Assembly (NCBI GenBank): GCA_003605065.1
Contig: QZJM01000049.1
Location: forward strand, 208 to 64,207
Direction of reading: 5' to 3'
Length of the DNA: 64,000 bases
DNA from: Dethiobacter sp.
Lineage (GTDB): Bacteria > Bacillota > Dethiobacteria > DTU022 > UBA8154
This document shows positions 28,778 through 39,224 of the stretch, piece by piece. The translations under genes and the position numbers were made by a program. The notes under the pieces were generated by a model. That model saw only the letters and a list, made by a program, of their open reading frames with translations. It was not told the origin of the DNA and did not search any database. The number at the start of each line of letters is the position of its first letter. Positions within the stretch are counted from its first letter, which is position 1.

Positions 28778-29178
28778 TTATTACATTAGATGCCAGTGCC
28801 GCTGTTGAAGTTGTCATGGGTCGACCGGGTCAACAATCAATTGTATCTGTATTAGAAAAAGCTGATTGGATAGTCGCCCCTACTCTTTACGTTTATGAAA
28901 CATCAAGTGTAATGTGGAAATATTACAAATTATGTAATTTCCCAATCAATGATTTAGTGCATAAAGCCCGGCACTTACTTGAGCTGGTAGATGAATTCGT
29001 TGAAGCAGATGATTTATATGAAGAAGCTATTTCACTTGCGTGTGAACTCAACCATCCCGTATGTGACACTATGTATTTGGTTCCCAGCCGCAGAAAAAAT
29101 GCACCACTGCTTACTTTAGATTCCAGGCTAATAGAAGCTGCTGTAAAAACCGGGATTTCAGTTGTGCACCTTGGGTAA
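28774..29178 (+). CDS. vapC: PIN-domain toxin, VapC family
   Basis: 134 aa. MIITLDASAAVE (first Asp), ...YETSS..., ...CDTMYLV (conserved acidic residues of the PIN fold). Confidence 0.75.
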   Translation: MIITLDASAAVEVVMGRPGQQSIVSVLEKADWIVAPTLYVYETSSVMWKYYKLCNFPINDLVHKARHLLELVDEFVEADDLYEEAISLACELNHPVCDTMYLVPSRRKNAPLLTLDSRLIEAAVKTGISVVHLG

Positions 29179-29437
29179 TTTATGTGCAAATTAGATTTGT
29201 TTCCGTCACATTTGGACATGATCAACCCGGTGGTGCCAGAGGATTAAAGGTTAGCGCTCCCACAGCGCTTGCTGTCATAAGGAAATTATCATCACTTGCT
29301 GCAAACAGCCAGTCTTCTCCCCGGGCTGATGTGTCAAAGAAAATATCATACGCGCTCATTTCTTTCTTCTCTGATGTCATCTACCGTACGGATGATTTTA
29401 ATATTAATTATTAACTTAGTAAGAAGGTTAATCTTTT

Positions 29438-31336
29438 ATGAATTTATTTGCCCCCGGTGATTATGACCTTTATTTATTCCACGAAGGCAGCCTTTTTTAC
29501 AGCTACCGGATAATGGGTGCACACCTCGTTGAAAATGAAGGTATGAGTGGAGTACTATTCTCCGTCTGGGCCCCCCATGCCAGGAAAGTCAGGGTAGCAG
29601 GAGACTTTAACGGGTGGCAGCCACACTTCCACCCTATGAGAAAGGTAAGGAATTCAGGAGTCTGGTCAGTCTTTATACCGAAAGCTGAAAACGGTCAGTT
29701 ATATAAATATGAAATTCACACGCACAGTGGAGAGGCCTTTTTGAAAGCGGATCCATATGCATTTTGCTCAGAATTCAGGCCTGGAACGGCTTCCCGGATC
29801 TATTCCCTGAAAGGCTATGAATGGCAGGATGATAAGTGGCAGCGTGAAAAAGGAAATAACCCTGCTTATAACCGTCCCATGTCAATCTACGAAGTTCACC
29901 TCGGTTCATGGAAGCGTAAGGAGACCGGGGAGTTTTATTCCTACCGGGAATTGGCCGTTGAACTGTCCGACTATGTTGCAGGTATGGGATACACCCATGT
30001 AGAACTGCTTCCTCTCGCAGAACATCCTTACGACGGTTCCTGGGGTTACCAGGCAACAGGTTACTATTCAGTTACCAGCAGGTATGGCACTCCCCATGAG
30101 TTTATGTATTTTGTGGATTGCTTTCACCAGAAAGGTATCGGCGTTATTCTGGACTGGGTCCCGGCACATTTTTGTAAAGATAGCGCTGGATTAAAAAGAT
30201 TTGACGGCACTACCCTCTATGAATACGAAGACCAACTGAAAAGTATAAATACAGAGTGGGACACTTTGAACTTTGATCTGTCTAAACCCGAAGTACAGAG
30301 TTTTCTGATCTCCAATGCCTTCTTTTGGATGGATATTTTTCATATTGACGGGTTAAGAGTAGATGCTGTAGCCAACATGCTTTATCTTGATTATGGAAAA
30401 AAAGAAGGACGGTGGAGTCCCAACGAATACGGCGGCCGCGAAAACCTTGCCGCAGTGTCTTTTCTTAAAAAACTGAATGAACAGGTCTTTAAATATTTTC
30501 CCGGTGCCCTGATGATGGCCGAAGAGTCAACACAGTGGCCGCTCGTAAGCGCTCCTACTTACCTTGGAGGCCTGGGTTTTAACTTTAAATGGAACATGGG
30601 CTGGATGAACGACATTTTACGCTACATGCAAAATGACCCTGTTAACCGTAAATGGCATCATGATTTACTGACCTTTTCCTTCTGGTATATCTTTTCCGAA
30701 AATTTTATTCTACCCTTATCTCACGATGAAGTAGTGCATTGCAAAAAATCCCTGCTGGACAAAATGCCGGGGGATTACTGGCAGAAGTTTGCAAACCTGA
30801 GAGCTTTGTATGGTTTTATGATCGCTCACCCGGGGAAAAAGCTTCTGTTTATGGGTGGGGAATTCGGTCAATTTTCCGAGTGGCGGGATCAGGAAGGCCT
30901 GGACTGGAATCTGCTGGAATATGATATGCATCGCAAGCTTCATTTTTATGTGCGAGAGCTGAACCATTTCTACAGGAAAGAAAAAAGGTTATGGGAGCTT
31001 GACCACGAAGATAAAGGTTTTCAATGGGATCCAGATGACCGGGAACAGAGCATTATTTCTTTCATGAGAAAAGCAAAGAACGAGGATGACTTTATGATCA
31101 TCATTTGTAATTTTACTCCCGTAGTTCGTAACGATTACCGCTTAGGTGTCCCTTACCAGGTGAAATACAGGGAAATATTTAACAGCGATCTGGAAATTTA
31201 CGGGGGCTCAGGTCAGGTAAATTTACATATCCCGGAGGCATCTACCCAAAGATGGCATAATCAGCCCTGTAGTATAACAGTTAAAATTCCTCCGCTGGCA
31301 ACGATTATCCTTGAACCTCTAGGAAAGGAGGGATAG
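29438..31336 (+). CDS. glgB: 1,4-alpha-glucan branching enzyme
   Basis: 632 aa GH13 with [10 protein letters not shown], an N-terminal CBM48 and the typical GlgB length. Confidence 0.92.
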   Translation: MNLFAPGDYDLYLFHEGSLFYSYRIMGAHLVENEGMSGVLFSVWAPHARKVRVAGDFNGWQPHFHPMRKVRNSGVWSVFIPKAENGQLYKYEIHTHSGEAFLKADPYAFCSEFRPGTASRIYSLKGYEWQDDKWQREKGNNPAYNRPMSIYEVHLGSWKRKETGEFYSYRELAVELSDYVAGMGYTHVELLPLAEHPYDGSWGYQATGYYSVTSRYGTPHEFMYFVDCFHQKGIGVILDWVPAHFCKDSAGLKRFDGTTLYEYEDQLKSINTEWDTLNFDLSKPEVQSFLISNAFFWMDIFHIDGLRVDAVANMLYLDYGKKEGRWSPNEYGGRENLAAVSFLKKLNEQVFKYFPGALMMAEESTQWPLVSAPTYLGGLGFNFKWNMGWMNDILRYMQNDPVNRKWHHDLLTFSFWYIFSENFILPLSHDEVVHCKKSLLDKMPGDYWQKFANLRALYGFMIAHPGKKLLFMGGEFGQFSEWRDQEGLDWNLLEYDMHRKLHFYVRELNHFYRKEKRLWELDHEDKGFQWDPDDREQSIISFMRKAKNEDDFMIIICNFTPVVRNDYRLGVPYQVKYREIFNSDLEIYGGSGQVNLHIPEASTQRWHNQPCSITVKIPPLATIILEPLGKEG

Positions 31337-31346
31337 GAGGACAAAA

Positions 31347-32561
31347 ATGAACAGGAAAAAAGAATGCGTGGCCATGCTCCTGGCAGGAGGGGAAGGAAAA
31401 AGGCTGGGCTTTTTAACAAGAGAAACAGCAAAACCCGCAATTCCTTTTGGGGGCAAATATCGTATTATTGATTTTACTCTGAGCAATTGTACTAATTCGG
31501 GTATTGTTGATACGGTAGGAGCCCTGACCCAGTATAAACCTTTAATTTTGAACTCACACATCGGTAACGGAAGCCCCTGGGATTTAGACCGGAAAAAAGG
31601 GGGAATTTCCCTCCTCCCTCCTTTTGTCAGGGGAAAGGGTGGAAAATGGTACAAAGGAACGGCTGATGCAGTTTTCCAAAATATGAATTTTCTCGAACAG
31701 TATAATCCCCGTTATGTACTGATCATCTCAGGGGACCATATTTACAAAATGGATTATTCGCTGCTTTTAGATTATCACAAGAGCAAAGAGGCTGAAGTGA
31801 CTATTGCCGTTATCGAAGTGCCCTGGGAGGAAACCAGCCGTTTTGGCATTCTAAACATGGCAGAAGACGGCCGCATTACTGAATTCCAGGAAAAACCGAA
31901 AAACCCTAAAAATAACCTGGCATCCATGGGTATATATCTCTTTGATTTTGATATATTAAAAAAATATTTACAAAAAGACCAAAAATATCCTAAATCAAGC
32001 AACGACTTTGGTAAAGACGTCCTTCCTCTCATGTTAAAAAATAAATGCCGCATGTTTGCCTACCCTTTTCGGGGTTACTGGAAAGATGTGGGCACGATTG
32101 AATCACTGTGGGAAACAAATATGGATTTATTGCAGGATAAACCTACCCTTGACCTTTATGAACGAAACTGGCGTATTTACACTGTAAGCTCAAATCAACC
32201 GCCTCATTACCTGGGACCCGCAGCAAAAGTGGAACAGTCCATGGTTAGCGACGGGTGCCTGGTTTTTGGAGAAGTAAACCGCTCTGTACTTTTCCCCGGG
32301 GTTTATGTTGGAGAAAATACGATTATCAGAGACTCGCTAATCATGTCGAATGTAAAAATAGGTTCAAATGTAAAAATTATCAGGGCCATTATTGCTGAAA
32401 ACAGCATAGTGGGAAACGGCAGTCAGATATGCTGCCAGGACAATGAAGCGGGCGAAATTATACTCATCAAGGAAAACAGTACTATCCCCGATAATTCTAT
32501 TATTAACAGCACAGATAATCTGAAAAAAGTTATCTTTGAATCGGGAGGCAAGTTCACATGA
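31347..32561 (+). CDS. glgC: glucose-1-phosphate adenylyltransferase
   Basis: 404 aa with [10 protein letters not shown] and the left-handed beta-helix C-terminus. Confidence 0.92.
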   Translation: MNRKKECVAMLLAGGEGKRLGFLTRETAKPAIPFGGKYRIIDFTLSNCTNSGIVDTVGALTQYKPLILNSHIGNGSPWDLDRKKGGISLLPPFVRGKGGKWYKGTADAVFQNMNFLEQYNPRYVLIISGDHIYKMDYSLLLDYHKSKEAEVTIAVIEVPWEETSRFGILNMAEDGRITEFQEKPKNPKNNLASMGIYLFDFDILKKYLQKDQKYPKSSNDFGKDVLPLMLKNKCRMFAYPFRGYWKDVGTIESLWETNMDLLQDKPTLDLYERNWRIYTVSSNQPPHYLGPAAKVEQSMVSDGCLVFGEVNRSVLFPGVYVGENTIIRDSLIMSNVKIGSNVKIIRAIIAENSIVGNGSQICCQDNEAGEIILIKENSTIPDNSIINSTDNLKKVIFESGGKFT

Positions 32562-33679
32562 GAGATGTGATGGGTATTATCAATGTAAATGTTAAAGATG
32601 ATATTTTAGACGAGCTTACTTACTCCCGGTGTATAGCTTCTGTTCCATTTGGTGGAAATTACCGATTAATAGATTTTATGCTCTCCAGTATGGTAAATTC
32701 AGGCATTCAAAACGTAGTCGTATTAACCCTGCACAAATACCGTTCGCTTATGGACTACCTGGGAAACGGCAAAGCATGGGACTTAAACTTAAACAGGAAA
32801 GACGAGGGTTTGTCCATCCTGTCTCCAAATGTTTTTTATTCTTTGAAATATTTTCAGGGTGATATACAAAATTTTTACAGTAACATTGACTTTTTTCAGA
32901 GAAGCAGGCAGAAAGATGTGCTCATTACCAGAAGCAATATGATCTGTAATCTTGATATCACGGAAGTTGTCAATTTTCACCGCAGGACGCAGGCAGATAT
33001 TACCTTTCTATACCGGGAAAATGATGACCTGGTGGAAGAATCCCCCTGGCGCAGGAAGTTGGAGATAGGAGCAGACGGACGGGTATTAAACCTGGAACAG
33101 GGCACGGAAAAGGTTAAGGGTAAGAAAGTACTCCTGGAAATATTCGTTATGTCGAAAGCTCTCCTGATAGATCTGATTGAAAGCTGTATGATTAACGGAA
33201 CAGGAGATCTGCTCCATGACGGGATTATTAAAAATCAGGAGAACCTAAAAATATTCGCCTTCCCTGCAAAAGGCTACCTGGGTGTGATCAACTCCATTGC
33301 TCTCTATTACAAACACAGCTTGAATCTTTTAAAACCGGCTAACTGGCAGGAGTTATTTTTCCGCCCGGGCTTCATTTACACCAAAGCTGAGGATGAACCA
33401 CCCACAAAATATATGCGGGGGGCCAGGGTTACAGGTTCCCTGCTTGCCGGTAGCTGCGTAATTGAAGGAAAAGTTGAAAACAGCGTTTTGTTCAGAGGGG
33501 TTCAAGTGAAGAGGGATGCTTACATAAAAGACAGTATTATCCTGCCGGAAAGTGAAATTGAAGAAAAAGCGCAGATTGAATACGCAATCCTGGACAAAGA
33601 GGTGCGCGTCTCCAGAGGTAAAGTGGTGAAAGGCAGAAAGGACAATCCTTCTGTTATTCCTGAAAGAACGATTATTTAA
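32558..33679 (+). CDS. glgD: ADP-glucose pyrophosphorylase regulatory/second subunit
   Basis: 373 aa GlgC paralog lacking the G-rich NTP loop ([10 protein letters not shown]). Overlaps the glgC stop. Bacillus-type glgBCDA order. Confidence 0.85.
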   Translation: MRDVMGIINVNVKDDILDELTYSRCIASVPFGGNYRLIDFMLSSMVNSGIQNVVVLTLHKYRSLMDYLGNGKAWDLNLNRKDEGLSILSPNVFYSLKYFQGDIQNFYSNIDFFQRSRQKDVLITRSNMICNLDITEVVNFHRRTQADITFLYRENDDLVEESPWRRKLEIGADGRVLNLEQGTEKVKGKKVLLEIFVMSKALLIDLIESCMINGTGDLLHDGIIKNQENLKIFAFPAKGYLGVINSIALYYKHSLNLLKPANWQELFFRPGFIYTKAEDEPPTKYMRGARVTGSLLAGSCVIEGKVENSVLFRGVQVKRDAYIKDSIILPESEIEEKAQIEYAILDKEVRVSRGKVVKGRKDNPSVIPERTII

Positions 33680-33691
33680 GGAGAAATTACA

Positions 33692-35122
33692 ATGAAAGTG
33701 CTTTTTGTCGCTTCTGAAGCTGTTCCTTTTATAAAAACCGGCGGTTTAGCTGATGTGATCGGCTCTTTACCTGTGGAACTGAGAAAATTAGGAGTTGACG
33801 CAAGGGTTATCCTTCCGAAATACGGGGAGATAGCTCCCCGGCTGAGAGACAAGATGGTTCTCAGGAAAAATTTAGCCATTACCATGGGGTGGAGATACCA
33901 GTATTACGGTATCCTGGAGACGGAACACTCCGGAGTCCCCTTCTACTTTATCGACAACGATTACTTCTTTAACAGGAGGGGCTTATACGGCTTTGAGGAT
34001 GATGCTGAGCGTTTTGCCTTTTTTTCCCACGCCGTCCTGAAGGCCCTCCCCCACCTTGATTTTGTACCCCAATACCTGCACTGCAATGACTGGCATACAG
34101 GCATGGTCAGTGTTTTTTTAAAGGCTCATTACGAAAGAGATCCTTTTTATAAGGACATACGAACCCTTTTTACCATACACAATCTGGGTTACCAGGGGTT
34201 GTTCCCCCTGAAAATGTTGGAAGAGTTACTGGAGCTTGAACCCGAATATTTTACCATGGACGGAATCGAATTCTTCGGCCAGGGAAGCTATTTAAAAGGC
34301 GGCCTGGTCTTTTCCGATTTTTTGACAACCGTGAGTAAGACCTATGCAGCAGAGATTCAGGCTCCGTCTTACGGCGAGGGACTCGATGGCCTCCTCAAGC
34401 AGAGAAATAAGGATCTGGAAGGAATCCGAAACGGGATAGATTACAGGATCTATGACCCTATGTCCGATCCCGAAATATCCATTCCTTTCAGATCATCTTT
34501 AGTTAAAAAACATCAAAACAAACTATTTCTGCAGAAATCCCTTGGTCTTCCCCAAAGCAGGGAGATTCCTCTACTCGCATTTATTAACCGGTTTGTGGAA
34601 CAAAAAGGTCTCGATTTAATAACATATGTAATAAAGGAAATTCTGGCTATGAACGTTCAGCTTGTAATCCTGGGCACCGGGGAAAAAAAATACCGGGATT
34701 TTTTTCAGCGTATCTTCAAACAGCACCCTGATAAGTTTTTTGCCAGTTTTAATTTTGACGATTCGCTGGCGCGAAAAATCTACGCAGGTTCCGATCTGTT
34801 CCTTATGCCCTCCCTATATGAACCCTGCGGAATCGGCCAGATGATCGCCATGCGTTACGGCAGTATTCCGATCGTGCGAGAAACAGGAGGGCTCAAAGAT
34901 ACTGTAAAACCCTTTGACATTTCCAGCGGTGAAGGCAATGGTTTCATCTTTACAGATTTTAACGCTCACGAGATGCTTTATACAATTAAAAAAGCTGTGA
35001 ATCTTTACCAGAACAAGCAGGCCTGGGCCAGGCTGATTAAAAATGCCGTAAGAATGGATTACAGCTGGGACAGCTCTGCAAGGAAATATTTGGAATTATA
35101 CCAGCGTATACTGAAGATATGA
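33692..35122 (+). CDS. glgA: glycogen synthase (ADP-glucose type, GT5)
   Basis: 476 aa with KTGGLADV and EPCGIGQM motifs. Confidence 0.92.
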   Translation: MKVLFVASEAVPFIKTGGLADVIGSLPVELRKLGVDARVILPKYGEIAPRLRDKMVLRKNLAITMGWRYQYYGILETEHSGVPFYFIDNDYFFNRRGLYGFEDDAERFAFFSHAVLKALPHLDFVPQYLHCNDWHTGMVSVFLKAHYERDPFYKDIRTLFTIHNLGYQGLFPLKMLEELLELEPEYFTMDGIEFFGQGSYLKGGLVFSDFLTTVSKTYAAEIQAPSYGEGLDGLLKQRNKDLEGIRNGIDYRIYDPMSDPEISIPFRSSLVKKHQNKLFLQKSLGLPQSREIPLLAFINRFVEQKGLDLITYVIKEILAMNVQLVILGTGEKKYRDFFQRIFKQHPDKFFASFNFDDSLARKIYAGSDLFLMPSLYEPCGIGQMIAMRYGSIPIVRETGGLKDTVKPFDISSGEGNGFIFTDFNAHEMLYTIKKAVNLYQNKQAWARLIKNAVRMDYSWDSSARKYLELYQRILKI

Positions 35123-35289
35123 GGAATAAATCCATGTTTAGTGATAAAGAGGATTTTAAATAACGACATCGTTTTTTATCCTGAAAGATTTTATTTCCTA
35201 TGCCGATACCCAGGTAAGAGTGGGCAAAACATTTGAAAACAGGGCGAAATGGCTGGAAATGTGTATTATTAATATTGCCCACTCAGGGA

Positions 35290-35430
35290 AAATTCGGTAA
35301 ATTAGGTATCTCTATCATCTTAGACGGGGTCTTCAGCCATACGGGAAGTGACAGCCTATACTTTAACAAGGAAGGAAATTATGACTCCCTGGGAGCTTAT
35401 CAATCCATCAACAACAGGAGCCGCAGTCTA
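35290..35430 (+). pseudogene. short remnant of a GH13 alpha-amylase-family gene (region I motif)
   Basis: ORF 35233..35490 contains [29 protein letters not shown], which is the GH13 region-I LDGVFNHTG signature. No other conserved regions are present and stops flank it. Confidence 0.35.
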
Positions 35431-35719
35431 AGTCAGGAGTTTCCTTCTTTATGGAAAAGCCTCCCTGCGGCCCCGTATGGTAGTCGATAATCCTGTCATT
35501 TACATGGGGGGCAATATTTTTATCGTAAATGATAGTTACCCCATCTGTTTCCTCCAACTGATCCTGACCTTCTTGAACCGACTCATCCAGAGCCAGCGCC
35601 AAATTAGGGCCGCCTCAGCCCACACCACTGATAAATATTCGGATATAGATCTCTTCCCTATTCTCCTGCCTTAAAACCTCTTTCAATTGCTCTACCGCTG
35701 CAGTCGTAATTTTCAGCAT
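35408..35719 (-). CDS. HesB/IscA-like selenoprotein (in-frame UGA at 35617-35615 read as selenocysteine)
   Basis: Manual minus-strand translation from the ATG at 35719 gives [103 protein letters not shown]. It aligns to A-type carrier proteins (IscA: ...GGGCSGF...CGCGSSF) with the TGA exactly at the first conserved Cys. The track shows only the post-TGA half (35408..35602). Confidence 0.7.
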
Positions 35720-35773
35720 AAATACCAATCCTTTCTTCTTAATCTCATTTTGAGTTCACTGCTGTATTAATGC

Positions 35774-36985
35774 TTATAATTTACTCGCACCGTGGGCTTT
35801 TTTAAAACGCTGCTCTTCTTTTTTGCCTAACACTTTCAACAACATAGCACAGGCTGCAGTTGCCAGGGCAAAAATGGCCATTACCATAAAACCATAAACA
35901 TAGGAACCGGTTCCATCATAGGAAAGACCAACCCAAAGAGGCCCTATTAAAGCTCCTATGTTCAAACAGGTTGATAATACACCATATCCGGCTCCAACTT
36001 GTTCCGGAGGAAGTAATTTAGGTACTATGGAAAAAACAGGTGCGGGAATGAAAGCCGCCATAAGGCCGATTAAGATTGCTAATAATAAAGGGTTCAAACC
36101 CGTTCCCGTAATCAGCATCAAAAGAACAGCAAGAGCTATGCTACCCCCGGCTATAAAGATTTCTACCTTACCAATCCTGTCAGTCAGGTATCCTATCAGG
36201 GGGCTGAGAAGAAGTGACCCCAGCATAAAAAGGCTTGTTAAAAATCCCGCATAAGTAACGCCATAGCCGGCGGTTCTATAGTAATCAGGAGCAAAGGTAA
36301 GAAAAGAAATAGCGGCGGCATTGAAAGTCATCCAGGCTGCGGCCACTATCCATATAAGCTTGTTCATGTTTTTTAACGGCGCCAGGATCTCTTTAACAGT
36401 TTTTTTCTCACGTTCTTTTCTTTCCTGTAAGCCCGGATACTTTATGATAAAGAATACAAGCACCAGCGCAGAAAAAACGGAGGTAAAAATAATAGGTACC
36501 TGCCAACCCCAGTAGCTGCCGGCACGCCCAAAAACGTTAAAGGCGAATATGGTTCCTACCGGCATGGCTGTATTAAATAATCCCATGGCTGTTCCCAACT
36601 CCTGCTTTTTGAACCACCGGGATATTGCCAGCGGCGCTACAATGGCCAGGGTCATGGCCCCAATCCCGGAAATAATCCTTCCCGCCGCCAAAACGGGAAA
36701 ACCGTAAGCAAAACCGGCAAGGATGGTACCCGCTACCATTAGTAAAAAAGCTAAGATGCCTATCTTCCTGGGTCCATAAATATCGGCAAGCATTCCCCCG
36801 GGTATGGAAATAAAGATCCCTGGAAGAGCAAAAAGACCCATAAGCGCACCGGCCTGGGTATGCGAAAGCTGGAGTGCAGAGATTACCAGTCCGAGTAAAG
36901 GCGGTATTGACTGAAAAACAAGTGCAAAAGCGAGCATAGAGAAATAAATTAAAAACAGGATACTCCAACGGCGGCTGTACTCCAT
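35774..36985 (-). CDS. MFS transporter (12 TM)
   Basis: 403 aa, hydrophobic throughout. MFS loop motifs (GMLADIYGPRK; GYLTDRIGK). Confidence 0.8.
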   Translation of the reverse strand: MEYSRRWSILFLIYFSMLAFALVFQSIPPLLGLVISALQLSHTQAGALMGLFALPGIFISIPGGMLADIYGPRKIGILAFLLMVAGTILAGFAYGFPVLAAGRIISGIGAMTLAIVAPLAISRWFKKQELGTAMGLFNTAMPVGTIFAFNVFGRAGSYWGWQVPIIFTSVFSALVLVFFIIKYPGLQERKEREKKTVKEILAPLKNMNKLIWIVAAAWMTFNAAAISFLTFAPDYYRTAGYGVTYAGFLTSLFMLGSLLLSPLIGYLTDRIGKVEIFIAGGSIALAVLLMLITGTGLNPLLLAILIGLMAAFIPAPVFSIVPKLLPPEQVGAGYGVLSTCLNIGALIGPLWVGLSYDGTGSYVYGFMVMAIFALATAACAMLLKVLGKKEEQRFKKAHGASKL

Positions 36986-37231
36986 TTATATACCTCCGGA
37001 ACATCATTTTGTTTAAAAAAAGTTTGTTATTTTTTATTCGATATATATTCGACAAACAATAACGTTATCCCTTCAGCTTGCCGACCTACTGACTGTTAAA
37101 TTCCTCTGGACAGTGCCGGCTGCTGTTTTTGATTATATTTTTGTCGTAGGCTGCAACGGAGATGTATGCAAAAAATCAGAAAAACCGGCGTTTTCAGGGA
37201 AGGAAAAACTTTACAGGACTAACCCCCGCCC

Positions 37232-37549
37232 TCAAACTTTGTTCCTTCCGGTGTCATATATTTTTTCCGAAATTATTTTGTCCGCTCTTTTTTTATCCCC
37301 CGTATCCGCTTTTTCAATATCGATAGCAGCATCTGGACAAACCAGGGCACAAACACGACACGCGGTACACCGTTCTATCCGCTTGGCTTCAACAATGGGA
37401 GTCCCGTAAACCCCCATCTCCCTGGACCAGTCTATCACATGGGAGGGGCATTTCTCCAGGCAAAGGCCGCAGCCCTTGCAGAGATCGGGAGAAATGATAA
37501 AATTTCCTTTCGGTCCTTCCCATTTTTTTTTAGTAAAAGTTTTAGCCAA
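37232..37549 (-). CDS. 2-oxoacid:ferredoxin oxidoreductase delta subunit (2x[4Fe-4S] ferredoxin)
   Basis: 105 aa with CKGCGLCLEKCP and CTACRVCALVCP cluster motifs. Confidence 0.85.
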   Translation of the reverse strand: MAKTFTKKKWEGPKGNFIISPDLCKGCGLCLEKCPSHVIDWSREMGVYGTPIVEAKRIERCTACRVCALVCPDAAIDIEKADTGDKKRADKIISEKIYDTGRNKV

Positions 37550-37564
37550 AGACTCTCACCTCTT

Positions 37565-38257
37565 TTAAATTTTTCCGGTAGAAACCGGTCTTTTTATCAT
37601 GCGGGCCGCCGCCTCCCATCCCAGCTCCAGGGCCCGGAAATTTAAATTTTTTAAGGCGGGATCGCGCTTTAATTTATTTTCCAACCGTGTTTCCAGGGCT
37701 TTTTTAGTGCTTTCCAGCTGTACTATCTCCATAACTCCGGCCGTTGCCCCCAGGATAATAATATTGGCAACCCTGGGATGAAGCTTATTTTGAGCCATTT
37801 CACTGGCGGGCAGGCCATAAATATGTTTTACTTTTGACGTAATCTCGGGAAAGCTTTGTCTTTGATCCGTCAGCCTCCGCTCGGCAAAAGCTTCCGGGGC
37901 GATGGTATCATAGCACTGCCAGCCGATAACTTCATCGGAAACTTGTGGCGGTGCCAGCAGGGAACTGTCATATAAAATAATGCTTTCTTCATTTATATAG
38001 CCCTGCAGGCGTTCAAGGGAGCGCCCGCTCAAGGCCACGATTAAATGAGCATACTTAAACTTGGGGGAACCAATAGGCTCTTCTCCTACCTGGACAAAGG
38101 CCAGGGAAACACCACCTCTTTGTTCTATGCCAAAGTTTGGGATGTAGAGAGCTTCTTTCCCCTCTTCATAGGCCGCCTGAGCCAGGATATCAGCTGCCGC
38201 CTGTACGCCCTGGCCTCCCTCGCCTCCCATAACAATACGCTTATTACTCAGGGTCAT
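37565..38257 (-). CDS. 2-oxoacid:ferredoxin oxidoreductase gamma subunit
   Basis: 230 aa POR/KOR/VOR gamma family (MGGEGGQGVQ...). Confidence 0.85.
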   Translation of the reverse strand: MTLSNKRIVMGGEGGQGVQAAADILAQAAYEEGKEALYIPNFGIEQRGGVSLAFVQVGEEPIGSPKFKYAHLIVALSGRSLERLQGYINEESIILYDSSLLAPPQVSDEVIGWQCYDTIAPEAFAERRLTDQRQSFPEITSKVKHIYGLPASEMAQNKLHPRVANIIILGATAGVMEIVQLESTKKALETRLENKLKRDPALKNLNFRALELGWEAAARMIKRPVSTGKI

Positions 38258-39024
38258 AACCTGACGACCTCCTCCTCTGCTTTATTTTTTTTCCAGGGAG
38301 AAACCAGTTCCCCTAGCGGGTAATAATCAGTCATTTCCTTTTCCAGGTACTTCCAGGTATCGACAGCATTGGTTCTCCAGTTAGTAGGGCAGGTGGATAG
38401 AGCTTCTATCACGGAAATACCCCGATCCCGGAGTTGATTTTCCAATCCCCTTTCCAGGTAACGGGACAGGCGCTGCACCTGGGAAACTGATCCCCGGGCC
38501 ACATAGGCTCCTTCGGGAGCAAAGGAGGCAATCATCTCGGGACCACGCAGGGGAAAACCTTCCTGGTCAGGCTCCCGGCCTCCGGGGGTTGTTTCCGTTT
38601 TCTGGCCCAGCAGGCTGGTTGGAGCCATCTGCCCCCCGGTCATAGCGTAAGTGGTATTGTTTACGATTATGACCAGGATCCTCTCGTTGCGCATGGTAGC
38701 GTTTACCAAATGCTGGACACCAATAGCATAACCTCCACCGTCACCCATATAAGCAATACCCACCAGGTGGGGGCGAGCCCTTTTTGCTCCCACAATAAAG
38801 GGTACCGTCCTGCCGTGATGGGTCTGAACTGTATCCAGGTTAAAGAAATCCCAGGACAACAGGGAACATCCTATATCACAACCAAAAAGCACTCTTTCGG
38901 CTATTTTCAGGCGATCTACGGCCATGCCCAGGGCTTTTAAAACCAAACCATGGCCGCACCCAGGGCAAAACTTGTGCGGCTTTGTTTCTGTACGCCAGGA
39001 AAGGGGCATAGACTGTTCAGACAT
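38254..39024 (-). CDS. 2-oxoacid:ferredoxin oxidoreductase beta subunit (TPP-binding)
   Basis: 256 aa with CPGCGHG...GDGGGYAIG, the TPP-binding motif. Confidence 0.88.
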   Translation of the reverse strand: MSEQSMPLSWRTETKPHKFCPGCGHGLVLKALGMAVDRLKIAERVLFGCDIGCSLLSWDFFNLDTVQTHHGRTVPFIVGAKRARPHLVGIAYMGDGGGYAIGVQHLVNATMRNERILVIIVNNTTYAMTGGQMAPTSLLGQKTETTPGGREPDQEGFPLRGPEMIASFAPEGAYVARGSVSQVQRLSRYLERGLENQLRDRGISVIEALSTCPTNWRTNAVDTWKYLEKEMTDYYPLGELVSPWKKNKAEEEVVRL

Positions 39025-39224
39025 AAGTTACCACCTACCTATCCTTAAAATGCAGAAGTCGGAAGTCAGAATGCCGGTGTGCCAGAAAATATTTCTGGAA
39101 TCAATGGCCAGGGGAATGGCCGGGGGGAATGGCCGGGGGGACGTTCTTCTTCCGGCCATTTTTATCCTTCCAGTGGTGCCACTGGAACAGTGGCATGAGC
39201 GTCTATATCATCAAACTCCTTATC

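Noticed and set aside
29184-29414. 76-aa plus ORF and a 52-aa minus ORF in the vapC-glgB gap
   Set aside because: No RBS, no similarity. The region more likely holds the glgB promoter.
36573-37055. 160-aa minus ORF overlapping the MFS transporter start
   Set aside because: Out-of-frame overlap with a well-supported MFS gene and the AT-rich promoter region. No domain similarity.
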